Of a stretch of 64,000 nt of DNA, positions 1-14,379 are shown piece after piece. Origin of the DNA: Schmidtea polychroa (Eukaryota); assembly GCA_044892525.1 (NCBI GenBank), contig CM097887.1, positions 93,846,397-93,910,396 on the forward strand, written 5' to 3'. Under the pieces are notes generated by a model. The model saw only the letters and a program-made list of their open reading frames with translations, did not search any database and was not told where the DNA came from. The position numbers and the translations under genes are program-made. Numbering within the stretch: position 1 is the first letter of the stretch; each line of letters starts with the position of its first letter.

Positions 1-109
1 TCCAGAATATTTCGTACAGCTGCATTTTTCAAATCTGGAGACTGATTATAAACAAAATATTTAAAATGAAATTAATTAATGTTAAAATACTTTTTGACTG
101 CGATCCCAT

Positions 110-520
110 TTGGAAGTGACAAATTTCAATGTGGCCTATGGAAATCAAAAGATTCTACACCCCTGGCCTAAACCATCATTCAGAAAAAGTATGAGGATTG
201 CAGATGATCTCATTGCAGCTTTATTAAATCCTGATGTTGAATGTTTGAATAGATCTAATTATATAGGACAATCACTTTTAGATTTGTCAAAACTTCAAAA
301 AAGTATCCTACGAGAATATCGTACTCAATTCAACTGCGAAATAACTATGGTTGCCGGTGACATAGACTTTTTTTCTGGAGTGGAAAAACATAAAACTTGA
401 AACATTATTGCCTGTAATGATTGAGGCGACCTTTTTTACACATCAAACTATGATCCTAATCATCCGCTATATTCCAGAAGATTAGATTCAGTAATTGCAA
501 AATTTTAAGACAAAAGTAAA
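110..520 (+). pseudogene. Degenerate protein-primed DNA polymerase B fragment (Polinton/adintovirus type)
   Basis: LNRSNYIGQSLLDLSK resembles LNKPIYVG-ILDLSK; the YTDTDS motif is decayed (AGDIDF); after stops, FYTSNYDPNHPLYS...VIAKF matches the C-terminal pPolB motif. Confidence 0.6.
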
Positions 521-1119
521 GGTATCAACTATAAAGAATGGTTTTTTTTCGTCTAAAATGTTATAGCCTTTTAAGCAAAGAAGTCAAATCAATAAGGCTA
601 ATGTAATAAGATTAAGTGACACAACAATAGATCACGAATGTTACATTAACTGTTATTTTGATGATCCTATACCAAAGGTTTCAGGATTTTGTATAGGGTC
701 CAAACATCACCAATTGTATGGATTTAAAACGATGAAAATTGTATTCACAAATAATGATGATAAAAGGATATGTATGGGTAGGACAAAAGAGTGACAGATT
801 GTCATTATTAGGCATTAATTAATGATAATCATTTGGCTCAAGACAACACAGAAAAGAAAACATCAAATGAATAATTGAGTTGATGATAATTATGACTATG
901 AATAATCTTGTTGGTAATTGTGACGAGTATATGTATTAATGAGTTTATTTTAGTTATCTTATATTATAATGATTTAGACAACGACAATAAACATTTATTA
1001 GTTATAATAATATTTACTAGATTGAAAATGACTAAACTAAACAATAATGTCCACAAGTAAATGTCATCGGATCTTGATATCTGATTCTATTAAACATAAT
1101 TGGTTTCGATAATTTCATT

Positions 1120-1380
1120 AGCTTTCACATTAACAAAGACGGATAATAGTAACCCATAGGATCAAATACATGAGTTTTTTGAGGTTTGTTGTAAATAGCT
1201 AGTCAATGTTCTACTGGAAGACTTGAGGATTGTGTATTAACTATTATGACATTATTGACTGTCATAAATTCCTGTCCTACTAATTTTGAAGTAATTTTGG
1301 TAATCTGCAAGGAACTAATCAAATAAATTAATAATAATACTAAATAAGCTTACTTCATATCAACTTTTAAGTTTCTACGA
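1120..1380 (-). pseudogene. Degenerate adenain-like cysteine protease (Polinton)
   Basis: Minus-strand translation IIVNTQSSSLPVEH*LAIYNKPQKTHVFDPMGYYYP parallels the intact copy at 17901-18398; internal stop; directly downstream of a capsid fragment. Confidence 0.65.
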
Positions 1381-1386
1381 CTTCGT

Positions 1387-1626
1387 TTAAACTAAAATGG
1401 TTCGATTTGAAGATATCTGAATCTCACTTTCAAACACACCGTAAACTATTACAAATAAAGAAGCAAGAGCTTTGTCGAATTTAATATCTATTCTCAAATT
1501 ATTATTTTGAGGTAATAAAATTCGATTCAAATCAAAGTCAGGAGCTAAGACAAATGTAAAGAAGTGGTATTTATTCTTAAATTCTTGTTTAACACTAGAT
1601 TTATGGACTGAGCCAATTTGACTCAT
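1387..1626 (-). pseudogene. C-terminal fragment of Polinton/adintovirus major capsid protein
   Basis: FTFVLAPDFDLN...LPQNNNLRIDIKF...YGVFESEIQISSNRTILV is near-identical to the C-terminus of ORF 16898-17956; truncated next to a Penelope-like insertion. Confidence 0.85.
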
Positions 1627-1698
1627 TTAAAATTCTATTGCTACATATACTGATTTATTAGTTTTTGAATACGTATGTTGGTTTTTAGATACGTCATG

Positions 1699-2860
1699 AA
1701 ATTATGTGCGAAGATTGAAAGTTTATACTTTCATATACTTTGGTCGATGAAGGATATTAATACTAATTATGTGAAGAGTGTGTTGAGTTCGAGTACGATG
1801 GAGTATATTGATAAAAATAAAAAGCAGAATATTAAAGATTTTACTGTATTAAAAAATTTAGCTAAAAATATTTTCATTCCATAACAAGCAACATAATTCA
1901 ATTGTTTCAACTAATGGTACATTAGTAAACAGGCTACAAACATCAAACGAAACCATAATTTCATCCATACTCTGTCTATCATATTGTGCAATGCAGGAAA
2001 CAAATTCAAAACTATCTTTACATCCAAATTCTGATCGTATTAATGGTTTCAATAATCCATCCAAAAATTTGGCTATTTTATACTGGGCAGTGCCAATCAT
2101 GGATAAAACAGGTCTCATAGGCACGCCATCTTTATGGATTTTTGGAAGCCCATACATTTTTGCTAGTTGTGATCCCATTGGGCGAATAGATTTAAACAAC
2201 ATTTCATCAATTTGCTTATTTTTTATTAATTTATTCAGTATTTCTTTTAACAAATTCTCATCCTTAAGAGGAGGCTGTATTCCATTTTTTGGAGAAATCT
2301 CTATTTTCACAAACTGGGGAGCATTCAAAACATCATTAAGCTTATTCACATATACATCGTGGTCGAGAATTACCAATCCATTTCCTTTGTCAAACTTGCA
2401 TATATTAATGTCTTTTTTAGCTAAATTTTTTAATACAGTAAAATCTTTAATATTCTGCTTTGTATTTTTATCAATATACTCCATCGTACTCGAACTCAAC
2501 ACACTCTTCACATAATTAGTATTAATATCCTTCATCGATCAAAGTATATGAAAGTATAAACTTTCAATCTTCGCACATAATTTTGTTTCGTCAATTCTTT
2601 TCTTAATGGAATGATTAGGACCAAATTTCAAAATACGCTCCTCCTCTTCGGATAAAAATGAAACAGAGATTTATAGAAAACCAACTGATACTGGTGTCTA
2701 TACTTCTTCCGAAAGTTTTTGTGAATTCAAGTATGAAAGAAATATGGTGAAGGGGTTAATTTATCGTGCATGGTCTTTGTCTTCTACTTTTAAAAATTCA
2801 GTAAAAAGTGTTGACATATTGGTTGAATTGTTAATGAAGAACGGTTATTCAAAATCCTTT
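1699..2860. mobile_element. Rearranged Penelope-like retroelement RT fragment
   Basis: Minus ORF 1858-2535 has DKG, YGLPKIHK-PMRP and SFDVCSLFTNVP motifs; plus-strand 2630-2860 encodes the thumb motif IYRKPTDTG...LIYRAW; ~169-bp inverted duplication at 1699-1867 and 2414-2583. Confidence 0.8.
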
Positions 2861-3469
2861 TTAGTAATTATGGTGATTATGGTAATTATTTAAAATTCAT
2901 TACCAAAATCTGTTTAAAAATGGTCAGGATATCCATCAACAAATAAAGTTTTGATGGCTTGAGCTATTTCATTTGCGGATTTTTTTAACAGATAAAGGTT
3001 AGCAAATCGACTAAATACATCAATACAATTTAAAATATATTTGTAACTTTTTTTGATTTTTGAGTATGGAATCATTTCTATCAAATATAATTGCTATAAA
3101 TCACAATACTTCATGTTTTATTTTTTTCGGGAATATTTTTAACTTTGGCTTGTTCAAACTGTATGCCGATTGGTTCGAATAATAAAAAGTACATAAAATA
3201 TAAAAATAATTATTCATTTAACTACGTTTTTTAGGTAAGTACTAGTAAATTAGGGATTTCAATAATCACGTACGAGTTTAATATAAGAATTTCGGAATTG
3301 AGAATTTTCAACGCGGTGATTTCGGGAGTTTTGTTTTGAGAGAGAATGCCCTATATTGTGTTTCTTTAAATATATTAAAAAGGGAATTGCTTTTAATAAG
3401 CAATCACGATAAGAGATGCTGTTTATATTTAATTAAATAATATAACATAAACACCTTCATTTTTAATTT

Positions 3470-3990
3470 TAAAACTTCAAAAAACATCATTCATTGAAAG
3501 TTTTATTGTTCAACCTATTCCTAATTTTAGTACATAGAATACCAGCTGCGGAAACGGCACGTTCTGATTCAATATCTGCAGACTTTATGGTCATCCAATG
3601 AGTATATGTTGTTTCTAAATAATTTAAAGGGAACCCTTATTTTAAAATAAGCTCATTTCTTTTTGATTCTTGAATGAAAGCGTTTTTTCAGTGTATATTG
3701 CTGTAGGTGGTTTATTCATTCGTGTACGTTTACGTTCTCTGATTCTGGAGTTTATTGTATGTATCGCAAATGAATGTCCATGTAATCCCTTGGTGAAACC
3801 GTCCCGATACTTTATTTTTACACTTTATTTTTGTACAATGTTATTTTATCATTTTCGTTAGGTAAAAATACTTACATATAGCATTACTGCTGTTATACTA
3901 AATCTATTTAGTCTCTTTGCAAGGGTTCCGTTTCCACTTACACTAGAAGCAAATTTCACTGAATCTGTTCAAAAGAAAACATTGAGAAAA
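3470..3990 (-). mobile_element. hAT transposase relic (C-terminal dimerisation region)
   Basis: Minus translation ESERAVSAAGILCTKIRNRLNNKTFNE*CFL near 3480-3585; remainder broken by stops. Confidence 0.5.
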
Positions 3991-4178
3991 ACAATTATTT
4001 GCTGTCATATTTTAGATTACATGGCAATTTTTAGTTTTAATTTTTTGCAATTTTTGCTTATGAAGATCATATGGGGTTTTTATCCGGATCAGCCGTATGC
4101 AATATTTGATTTTCCTCTTAATGTTTTTCAAATCTCTTATTTGGTTTTTTAATAATTAAATTAGTTTGGTAATTTTAG

Positions 4179-4593
4179 GTTAATTTGGGAGCCCTGGAGT
4201 TATTGCACTGTCACATGTGGAATGGGTTGGAAAATTCGAAGAAGATTATGCAGAACCGGTGATTCTGAGGATTGTTCTGGAAATGATAGAGATCTTATTC
4301 CATGTAATCGAGAATGTAGAAAGTTTTCTGATCGGTACAAACCTTCTTTAAAAATGATAGTTTTAGTCCAATCATCTATCCTGATAATTGTATTCTTATT
4401 TTTGATATCGTATGCTCGCCTGAAGGTTGAAATGAGTAATTTGACGAAAAATATTGTCGATGTTAAGGGAGATATGGTTGAAACAAGAAAGGTTGCTCAG
4501 TGGTTTGAAAATCGCAATTTATTAATTAGGCAAAGAATATCAACTTTACACAGCATTCGATCTCAGCATCAAAAGAAATCTACCAAATTTTAG
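4179..4593 (+). CDS. Last exon of a thrombospondin type-1 repeat, single-TM host protein
   Basis: Acceptor ttttag at 4178; WEPWSYCTVTCGMGWKIRRRLC...C...C TSP1 motif, hydrophobic segment MIVLVQSSILIIVFLFLISY, stop, AATAAA at ~4609. Confidence 0.75.
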
Positions 4594-6625
4594 TCAACAT
4601 TTTTATGTAAATAAAATACATAATTTATTGCATTTGAGTTAAATAAATAAAATGAAGAATGAAATAATAATTAAAACACTAATATTTAAAGTATAAATAA
4701 TAATTAATAGTTTTGAAGAAATTAAATAAATTAGAAATAAATTAATTAATTATTAAGTAAAGTAATAAATAAATAAATAATAAATAAAATAAATAATTAT
4801 TTACAATTTTGAACTAATTGAATATTAATTAATAATTATATAATAAATTAAATTAACACTTTTAAAATAAGTAGAGATTTGGAGCCAGAATGTCGTTTTG
4901 GTAGTTCATTATTGCTATGATATGAACTAATTTTGTAAAGAATACAGTCTTGAATATTTTTCGTATCTTGATATATTAGTTAATTTTTAGACAATTTTAT
5001 TTTATATTAATATCTAAATTTATTTAAACAGAAAATATCATCTAGGTCATATAAATAATGGTACTTGGCTCGAGTAAGAAATAAGACCTTTTAATGAAAT
5101 ATTGTGCTTGAATTAAATTGAATTAGTTGTCCAACTGTACCATAAAGTGCCATAAATATTTAGTCTGTCTATGCTAATTATGAGGAAGTTGAAAGATTCT
5201 TAAAGATTAATTAGAAATTTTGTTAAATTTAAAATATATTTTTATTGAAAAATATTTTAAAAAGAAGACCGAAATTTATCATTTTTAAAAAATATTTTTA
5301 TCAGAATATTTTAAAAGAAAAATTGAAATTTGTTTAAATAACAAAAATAAGAAGAGACAAGTTTTTAAGTTATAATTTATTAAATAAAATTTATGGAAAC
5401 ATACACATGCACCGCACAAAATAGATTTAAAATCCGTGAAAACATGTTAGTTAAAACAAAGTAATTAACACAATTTGAGACAAAATAAAGCCCAATTACA
5501 TAAAATGGGAAACAAAAGTTACAAATATTTACATAAAATAAGCAAGATTAATAAAAGTATCTTAGTAGTAAGATCTACCACGTTGGACTCTAAATCTACG
5601 AAGGTACAATAAAGAAAGAAATGCAAACAATTATCGCTGTGTTGGGGCCTAGGAGTTGTCATGTCGAAGAAAAGCAGGGTATATAGGGAATGGATTGTGG
5701 AAATTTGTTTGCTCTTTATGACTAGTTAATGGTCGACATCCTTTGTGTAATAATAATTAGAATTACGAGGTCGTTTACACAAATTCTAAGACAGAACGCT
5801 GCGCAAAAATCTGAAATTGGACTAATGATAAATTATTAAAGTGATAAATAAGATCAAATCTCTACTCAAATCTCTACTCAAATTTTTGAAGGATGGGGAC
5901 ATAGATTAACATCCAATAATGAGGACCATGTGAAGACGAGGTTTAAAAGAACAGTAATGTCACTAATGAATATGAAATGATAAATCGCCGTCAAGGTGGA
6001 TATTACCAGCATAGTTGTTGCCGTGGGTGCACAAATGCTAGAAAGTAAAATAGTAAGATAGGTGGGCAACACTAGTAAATTTAAACAAGACACCCTCTTG
6101 GCGCCAACATATGTATTTAATATATGTACAATCTTCGTGTAATTATTTTTTGTCTCTTGTTAAATAGAACTCGTTACAGCAATGTCTCATTACTTTCTTT
6201 ATCCTTTTCTGTCTACCTTCTACGTTCCAAAATAATTTATCCCGCATTGCTTTCTAAGAAAAATTAACACCTTAGTTAAATCTGATATTTGAGTTGATTT
6301 TAAATAAATTATTCTCGATTTATTAGATCTCCCTAGCTATGCTAAACTTTTACTTAAAAAAAATAAGAACTTGTTTTTTGATATCGTTACTGATTCATAG
6401 TCATTTTTTTTATAAATACAATGCCAATTGAAAAGAAATCAGGTGTGAAAATCGAAAGAAGTTCTTATAAAGATTATATGTGTTCCCACACTTAGAAACC
6501 CAACGTCAGTATATTAGGATTATACTATAATCATTATAGTTATACTCACTACTTCTCTACAACTTCGATAGAATTCATAATTTAGAGTTTAAAATAAATA
6601 TCATGGCAAGATAAATTGTTCTTAC

Positions 6626-7001
6626 TTGACAATGAAATTATGTTGTATTTTTTTCAGCATTTTAGATTCTCTTCTTTCAATCATCCACGAGCTATTGCTT
6701 TTATTATCGCGAAGTTTCATTTTCAAAGCAAAATGTCGACTATTTTTCGTATCAAAGACCCAAAAAACAACACCTTGACCACCTTGTATGCAAGTATTTG
6801 GATTTTCTAGTTTAAATGAATCCAATGATGTTGGTTCACTTTTGAATTTGTGCCATTCGTAAACAACATCAGTCGACTGGTGGTGCAATAATTGCTCAGT
6901 GTTAATGCAAATGCAAGGTTCATCCGTTTTTACATTTGAATGACGACCAGTCGGACAGTCGTAATACTTTTTAGATTTATCGCTCTGTGATCTTGAAGTA
7001 G
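6626..7001 (-). CDS. Internal exon of a host protein kinase (N-lobe, subdomains I-IV)
   Basis: GGQGVVFWV...FALKMK...ERRESKMLKKIQHNFIV; flanked by a ttttag acceptor and a GTAAG donor on the minus strand. Confidence 0.65.
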
Positions 7002-10000
7002 CTAAAATATATATTTAGTAAAAATCAATTTTTTTATGTTTATTAAACTTATTAATCGTTTTGTTGACCTTTGATTTGTTTTTTTTTCATTTAGAATTTC
7101 ATTTATTTACATTTATCTATAGTCAAAAACTAAATGAAGATTTATGCTTAGTAGACATTCGGGTTTTTAATTATTGCATTACCTGTAAACAATGCATGTT
7201 TATGTTATTAGATGGCAAAGATCAATAAGATTCTTAAGGACAGTCACAAACTTTTGTGAGAAAATTATAATTTAGCAGCAAGACTTAGAGCATCATCAAT
7301 TTTGTAATCTTTTGAAAATAAAAACCATAATCATTTATAATTTGTTCTTTGCATTAATCATGAATATAACTTGTAAAGTTTATCTACAGAAATTTGGTTC
7401 GAATAAATTGAACAATGTAACAACAATTTTGTTTTAGTCAATGTTTTTAGATTTTTTTTTAATTTTTTTTTTGTTTGTCTAGTACAAGTGAAATGCATTT
7501 TTCGATTTTATTTGAACTGAAAAGATAATTTATTAAGTATTCTTTTTTCTTGTATTTGTGAGACAATTGAAGTTCAAATAAATGGTTTTTTTTAGAATAC
7601 TCAACCTGGATTGACCAAACTATTTGTATCATAATTTAAAGAGATGTAATCAATGTTTTCCAAGCTTTCAGTGAACAAACGTATGACTTTTGTGCTCATT
7701 GAGACACATGTAAACATGGTTGCCACTTGTATGCAATAATGTACTCTCAAAGACTTACCAAACATAGTTTTATAATATCAATCAAATTCAAACAAAAATA
7801 TTAAAATAATTATATCCTACTAAAATATTGATGCGGCAACATAAAAAATACGTCAAAGTTAGGATAAATAATAAATATACTTTCAAAAATTAGAATATAT
7901 TTAATACTAGCTGGGCTACCCGGCGCTATTTGGAAGACAAAAAATATTACAAGCGGCACCATGCAGTGATGTTAAACTAACAAAGAAAAGATAATTACAT
8001 AAAAATTTATTTATTTTCGTCATTTCTGTAGAAAAATCACACAATCCCACCTTACCTCACCCTATTCAGCCATATCATACCCATCAAAATATACCGTACC
8101 GAAAAAAGTAAAATAATAAAAAGAGACCCAAAGGAAAATGTGAAAAAAATAAATGTAATAAATTTGCGTAAAAGGCAAATATTCATGTTATTTTTTCAGA
8201 TAAAAATTTTCACATTTTTTTAGAATTAGAAGTTAATTCGGTCTTCTACGTTTTTAACTTGAAAAATTGAATACGTTTGTCTAGCTTTAATCCCACAATT
8301 TGAAGTTTATTTATCAAAACATACAAACACACATAATTTAATTTTTATATTGTTGGGTTTTATTAATTCAAGTCGGAAACCTCTGACTCCACGTGTCTTT
8401 TTAATCGTATATAACAAAACAATAAACTATCAAACGTATATTTAATTCACAATCCAACGATACAACCAACGACAGAGTTTTATCAGTTTAATCGGTTTCC
8501 CACCCGGCGCTGATGCTTTGTCAAAATCTTTATCAAGATTCACCTTTTAATCGAACTTTTCCTATTTGATCTGGCCCGCTTCCAATTCAATTTCCTTCTC
8601 TCGTCTCAATTATTTCCTAACTCTATCCATTTGTTTCCCTAACTTCCTGATTAACCTAAGCTCAGTTTCTTCTCGTCCCTAGCTGAGGTAAAATGCCGGT
8701 TTGCTCTGATTTTCCCATTCCTTATATACTCTTCGAAATCGGGATGACGAATGGTTATTGCCGAGCCAATCTCTCTCTTGACATTTGACTCCACATATCT
8801 GCATTGGCTGTCATCCAGAATTGTCCAACGAAGAAAGATAACTAATGGCCCGCCCGGGCCTTTCTGCACGCACTTTCTTTTTCTTGGTCTTCTCCCATTA
8901 ATCATTGTGACACGATAATGGGCCCAAATCTTCCTTCTGTTTACTTTTCTCTTTGTTTACACAACTCGAAATTTCTTTCTACTAGCTAATTAATTAATTA
9001 ATTAATTTCATTTTCTTGTTTTTTCTCTTTTACGCACCTTTTGGCACTCTTCCTAGCACTTTCTGAAAATTCCGTTATCGTCATGTTATTCCCCGCTATC
9101 TGTTCCCCCATGACCAATTTTCAGACTTGAATTCGAATTTATGAATCTTTTATCGATTTTCTCAATTTACCCTTTTTGTGCTTTTCCCATATACTGATGC
9201 ACCTTCTCGCGCCTTTCTAAACATTTTATTTCAACACATTGTCAATTTTCTCCTTGACCAGTCTTACCCTTCTCTCATTCCTTTAATAACAAATATAATT
9301 CAATTTAAATTTTAATTATTTTATAATTGTCATCTGAAATTTTGTTAATCACAATGTTCAAAATAATCCCGTCAGCAATAGCTTTAACGAAAATTATTCT
9401 AATTCTTTCTCATCTATCAAAAGTTTACAATATGTTGGACCGCAAAGTTTAAATAGAAATTATGTAGTGTTATCTAATGCTAACACTAGTGGTTCTGCAA
9501 ATCTTTCTCAATGTTCAGATAATTCCATAACTCTCAATTCATCGAATTCAGATTTCTCTTCGAAATCAAGTTATATAAATTTTCAAGGAATAAACAGTGA
9601 TTCTATTCAAAGCACTTCTCAATTCGATGATTCATATATGTCTCAAATGGATAATTCTAAACCTCTAGAGTGCAAAGAAATCGTGAATTTAATTTAATAA
9701 ATGATACTATTGCAAGATTCACAACTTTAAACTATTTTTCAAATTTTTCATGTGATGATTTAGCTTTTGAAAGAAAATAGACAACTGACGAAGAAATTAG
9801 AAAATGATGATTTAAAGCAGAGGTTCTTTCTTTGGCCGACCCACTAATTCCGCGTCCCTCTATAGGAAAGATGTTTATATACATAGCACAGGTCGATTTC
9901 TATGAAAATCAATTTAAATGAGATCATAGGTAAAAATGTAAAATTAACAATACCCATTTAAAATTAACAATACAAAGGGTTATTAAGCAAAAGTTAAATA

Positions 10001-13000
10001 AAAAATGCAATATAAAAGAAAGATCTCACAATCCATGGTTTAGGAACCTTTGATCTGAAGGATTGATTGAAACTGTCATTGATTAAATGCGAGTGAAAAC
10101 ACAGTTAATAAGTGCCTAAAATAGACGGGAAAAGTGAAAAATTCGAAAATATACGAAAAATACCTATGATACAATTAATACACAAATTAAATATTTTTAA
10201 TTCTCTTTTCTGCTTTTTACTTGAAAAATTTATTTAAATTTTGACAATAAATCAATGTTGTTTTCTTATTTAGAAAAAATTTCCGGCACCGCCTTTTTCA
10301 AGAGTAAAATAATATTTCTGACATCTTTCTTCCTAATATTAATATAAATTCAATTTATTTCTAGTGATACTATTTGATACGAAATCGTCCCATGGAGACA
10401 CTATTTGGAGATATCCGTTAATATACAGAATTCGTTTAAAATTCATTATAATTTTTTGACCAATCATAACATTTTCATCATTAAAACCATTGCAGTTAAT
10501 GAAGGCATTACTATGTTTCAAGTGATACGTATATATTTTGAACTAATTTATTTTCTCGTAATTAGGTTTGAAACTCAAGTTATGATTAGAAATAAGTATA
10601 TTCTTAAAAACATTAATCACTTAATAAGAGTTGAAAAAAAACAAATGAATTTTAATTATTCTACAAAGTATTATGAAATAAAAATTTGATATTCAGCCCG
10701 AGACTAAATATTTTCCAAGTGAATAATATAAAATATATATTAATTGAAAATAAAATCAAGTTTGTCGTCTAATTTATCTATATAATTTTAAGGTGAAAGA
10801 TTTTAATTAACAAAATTTTGAGCCCAATGATAATATAGTAAAAAATAATATAGTAATTCGTCTATTTATAGTCTCGGGTACTTTAATTGTGAAAACTTAA
10901 TGGTGATTGCTAAATTTTCAGGAAATTTATATAACAGAAAAATATGTCATTTGACCATTTTTATTTTGCCACAATAACATTTACAGTTACAGTGCCAATC
11001 ACTAAATATCGCATATAAAAGATGTTTTAAAGAAAACCAGTTAATAGTTGGTCTTTGAGCTTTCAATCAATAATTAATAACAAAGAAATAAAATTTTAAA
11101 TTTCCAAAATATAAGGCTAAAAGGGTTAAATGCAAAAATAAAATTATTTTTTGTTATTAAATTTGTCTTATCACTAAATCAAATGATACATAAATTTCTT
11201 GCATCGTTTCACTATCAATAAAATCATTGTTTATGGAAAACAATCGAATAATATCAAATGATGGACGATTTTTGAGAAAATAAACGATTGTAACGTTTAA
11301 TGTGCATTTTATGTTATTGTTTTGCATATTGAAAAATTGCAGTCTATTTTGCTTATGTTTTCGAATTCATTATAATGTTCATTTATTTGTATTATAAACT
11401 CCATTGAAGCACAGGCTTCGCGTTAATTATAAAGTTTAAATGTCAAAATTTTCTTCATTTAGAAATTCTTTCATCAACATTTATACCTAATCCTTAAATT
11501 ATGTAAGAATAAATTAAACATGATTTTTTAATAATATTTTTTTACATTATACCTCGTAATTAAATTAAAAAGTTTACACGCTGCTAATATTGAAGATTAC
11601 CGTTAATCTCTAATCGATTTAATAGTTTAAGTATTTAGTTATTGAATAAATGAAAGCATGCTTTAGTACAAATAGAGCCTTAATTGTGTGCAAATAAGCC
11701 ATATGAATGTATATCTAACTGTTTTAAGTACTTTTTACTCTTAAAGTAAATCAACAAAACAATCATGACTTAAATATTTTCCTAAAGAACATACAACTTT
11801 TTCGCTTTTAAATTTCAAATAATTTTTGAAGGTTTTTCATCAATTTTTTTCAATGAAATTTTTTTTGATTAATACTTAAATAATTTAGTCTTTCTTTTAA
11901 TCTCAAGATAAATAAATGAACGAAATTTAGAAATAATTACACTAGTTATATTTTAATCGCAAAAGCCTTATTAGTAGTTAAATTTCTTATCTACTGAATA
12001 ATTCGGGATTAAGCTAAATACTTTTTAACATGAATTATTTATTCATATTAAATATTTACCTCTGTTTTATTTTTAAATTATTGATTTTATTATTATTATA
12101 CTTATTGGAAGTTTTTATTTATAAGCCATTTTTTTAAGAAATCCATTTTTATTAATAATGCAGATATATGGCCATTTTAGTTTTATTGGTTAACGGTTTA
12201 TTTCCACCAATTCCTTATTATTTCACATTTCAAATTCTCGAACTTAAAAGTGGTTAGTTAAAGGAAAGGACGAAATAAAATAATTTTTATGTTGCCATCT
12301 CGTTAGGATATGTTGTAGAAATTACTTTTTTCGTCTCGGAAAAACAAATTTTGTATTCTTTGAAACATGAATCTGATTGAAATTTATAACCCTCTTTTTC
12401 GGTATTACCTGATTTTTAAAGAACGTGAATTTTCGAAGTACTCAATTTTGAAAAGAAGTTGATATTAATAACCAAAGAAAAAAACTGGATTTTTAAAAGT
12501 ATATTTTTGCAATTTATTTCGGCAACGCTGCACAACTTCAATAAAAATGAGTATACTAATTACTATTATTAACGGATTATGCCATCAATCACATTCAGTT
12601 TATTAACACATTTCCCAACAATTTTATACGCCATTCGTTTCGCAAGACTTTATATATTCACTTTTTATCACATCGTATTGATCCGTTTAATTCCCTTGAG
12701 ATAGTTCCTTTGATTAGTACAAAACTATTGTTCAACTGAATAACAATAATAGCAAAAATACTAACTTTGATAAAATAAGTGATTTGTTTGCTTCTGTTTT
12801 ACCGTTTTCTGAGTGATTTTAAAATTTAACATTTTTAGAAAGTGTCAATCTTAAAATAATTTCCTGTAAAGTTTCTGAAATGTTCAGTAGTAAATCTGTG
12901 ACACTGTTTTTCTAATGTTCTTTTATTAAGTGTAGCGCCACAAACATTTGAAAGACCGTCCTCTAAAAAACACGAGTTCGAAAGCATGCCCGGTTGAGTG

Positions 13001-14379
13001 GAGACAGAAATATTATTGAATATAATAAAATCCCAGTTGAAAATAAGCATTTACAATTTTAAAGTGTTATCTAATGTTTTCAAAAGCTATTAGGAACGTA
13101 TTACTTGTGAGGGTTGATTATAAAATCATTTAACCCTAGGATCAACATACAAAATGCACTAACCACGCGTATTTTGAATGTTCAATTTTATTAGGATTAA
13201 TAGATTTTATATGATTCTTCACATATAATTATCTAATTACGAATTAACATATAAGTATAATCGTCTTTATTGAAATTGTGTTGCTCCTGATGATGACAAC
13301 CAGGCTGTCGAAACATATTTAAAAAAATGGCGCTTTTATTTAAAATTCCAATATTGATTATGTAGTAAAACATTTAAATGGCGTTACAAAATATCACATT
13401 TCTTATCCCAAAAGCTGACATAATATAATCCGTAAAAACAATTGAAATATACAACCAGGTTCTGATCAAATAAATTTATTATTTTCGCTATTCCAATATT
13501 CAAAGTTAAATCATTTATCATACCGGGTTCGTTTTAAATATATTTTTCTGTTAATTTAATCATCAAATCTTTCATATTTTCTATTCCTTACAAAAAATAT
13601 AAATTTTTTCATTCTTTAAAGCATTATTTTGATAAATCTTTCATTGAATCGATTTTAAATATTTTAATCAATATATTTTGAATATTCTTATATTTTTCCT
13701 TGTACCTAAAATATAATGGTTCAGAAATATTATATTTAATTAACATGCACTCTCCATACTCTCACCACTCTCCATTTCCTTCGTTATACTCATTTCTATC
13801 TTTGAATCATAGATTGGTCATTTCATTGCCAATTTAAACGTTTAGAAAACTCACATAAAATTCATATTTCGAATAAAATAGCTAGAATTTAAACAATTGA
13901 AAACTGTCAATTAATTAATTCAAGATAAATTGAAATTTTTGATGATTAGTGCAATAAATCAATTTAAAAATTAATATTTATTAAATGGTAATAATTAAAT
14001 ATTAATAAAAAGTTTCAATGGAAATATAAACGAGACCGAGTATTAATCTTATTTTACTATTTGAATTAATATCGAAATATACTAGTGAGAATTCAATTGC
14101 AAAATTAATTTGTTAAATGTTTCAAATAAATTGTTTTTATTACGGAAGATTTTTTGACATTTTCATGTCACTGAGTAAATTATTTCTTTTTTAGGTAATA
14201 ATTTTGAAACAGCTCAAACAATTAAGTATTAGGTTTTATTAAGAGATAATAGGTTTGTATTGTAATGAGATAATTATATTACTTTCTATTAATAAGCTTT
14301 ACAATAAAAGCAAATTGATTAATTTGAAAACAATTTATTACTTAATATAGATGATATTACATTTTTTAACCGTTTTTAG

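Noticed and set aside
5180-5400. Sequence repeated at ~57875-58040
   Set aside because: Ordinary AT-rich dispersed repeat; no link to element termini established
8651-9697. ORFs 8651-8905 and 9467-9697
   Set aside because: No recognisable motif or supported exon structure
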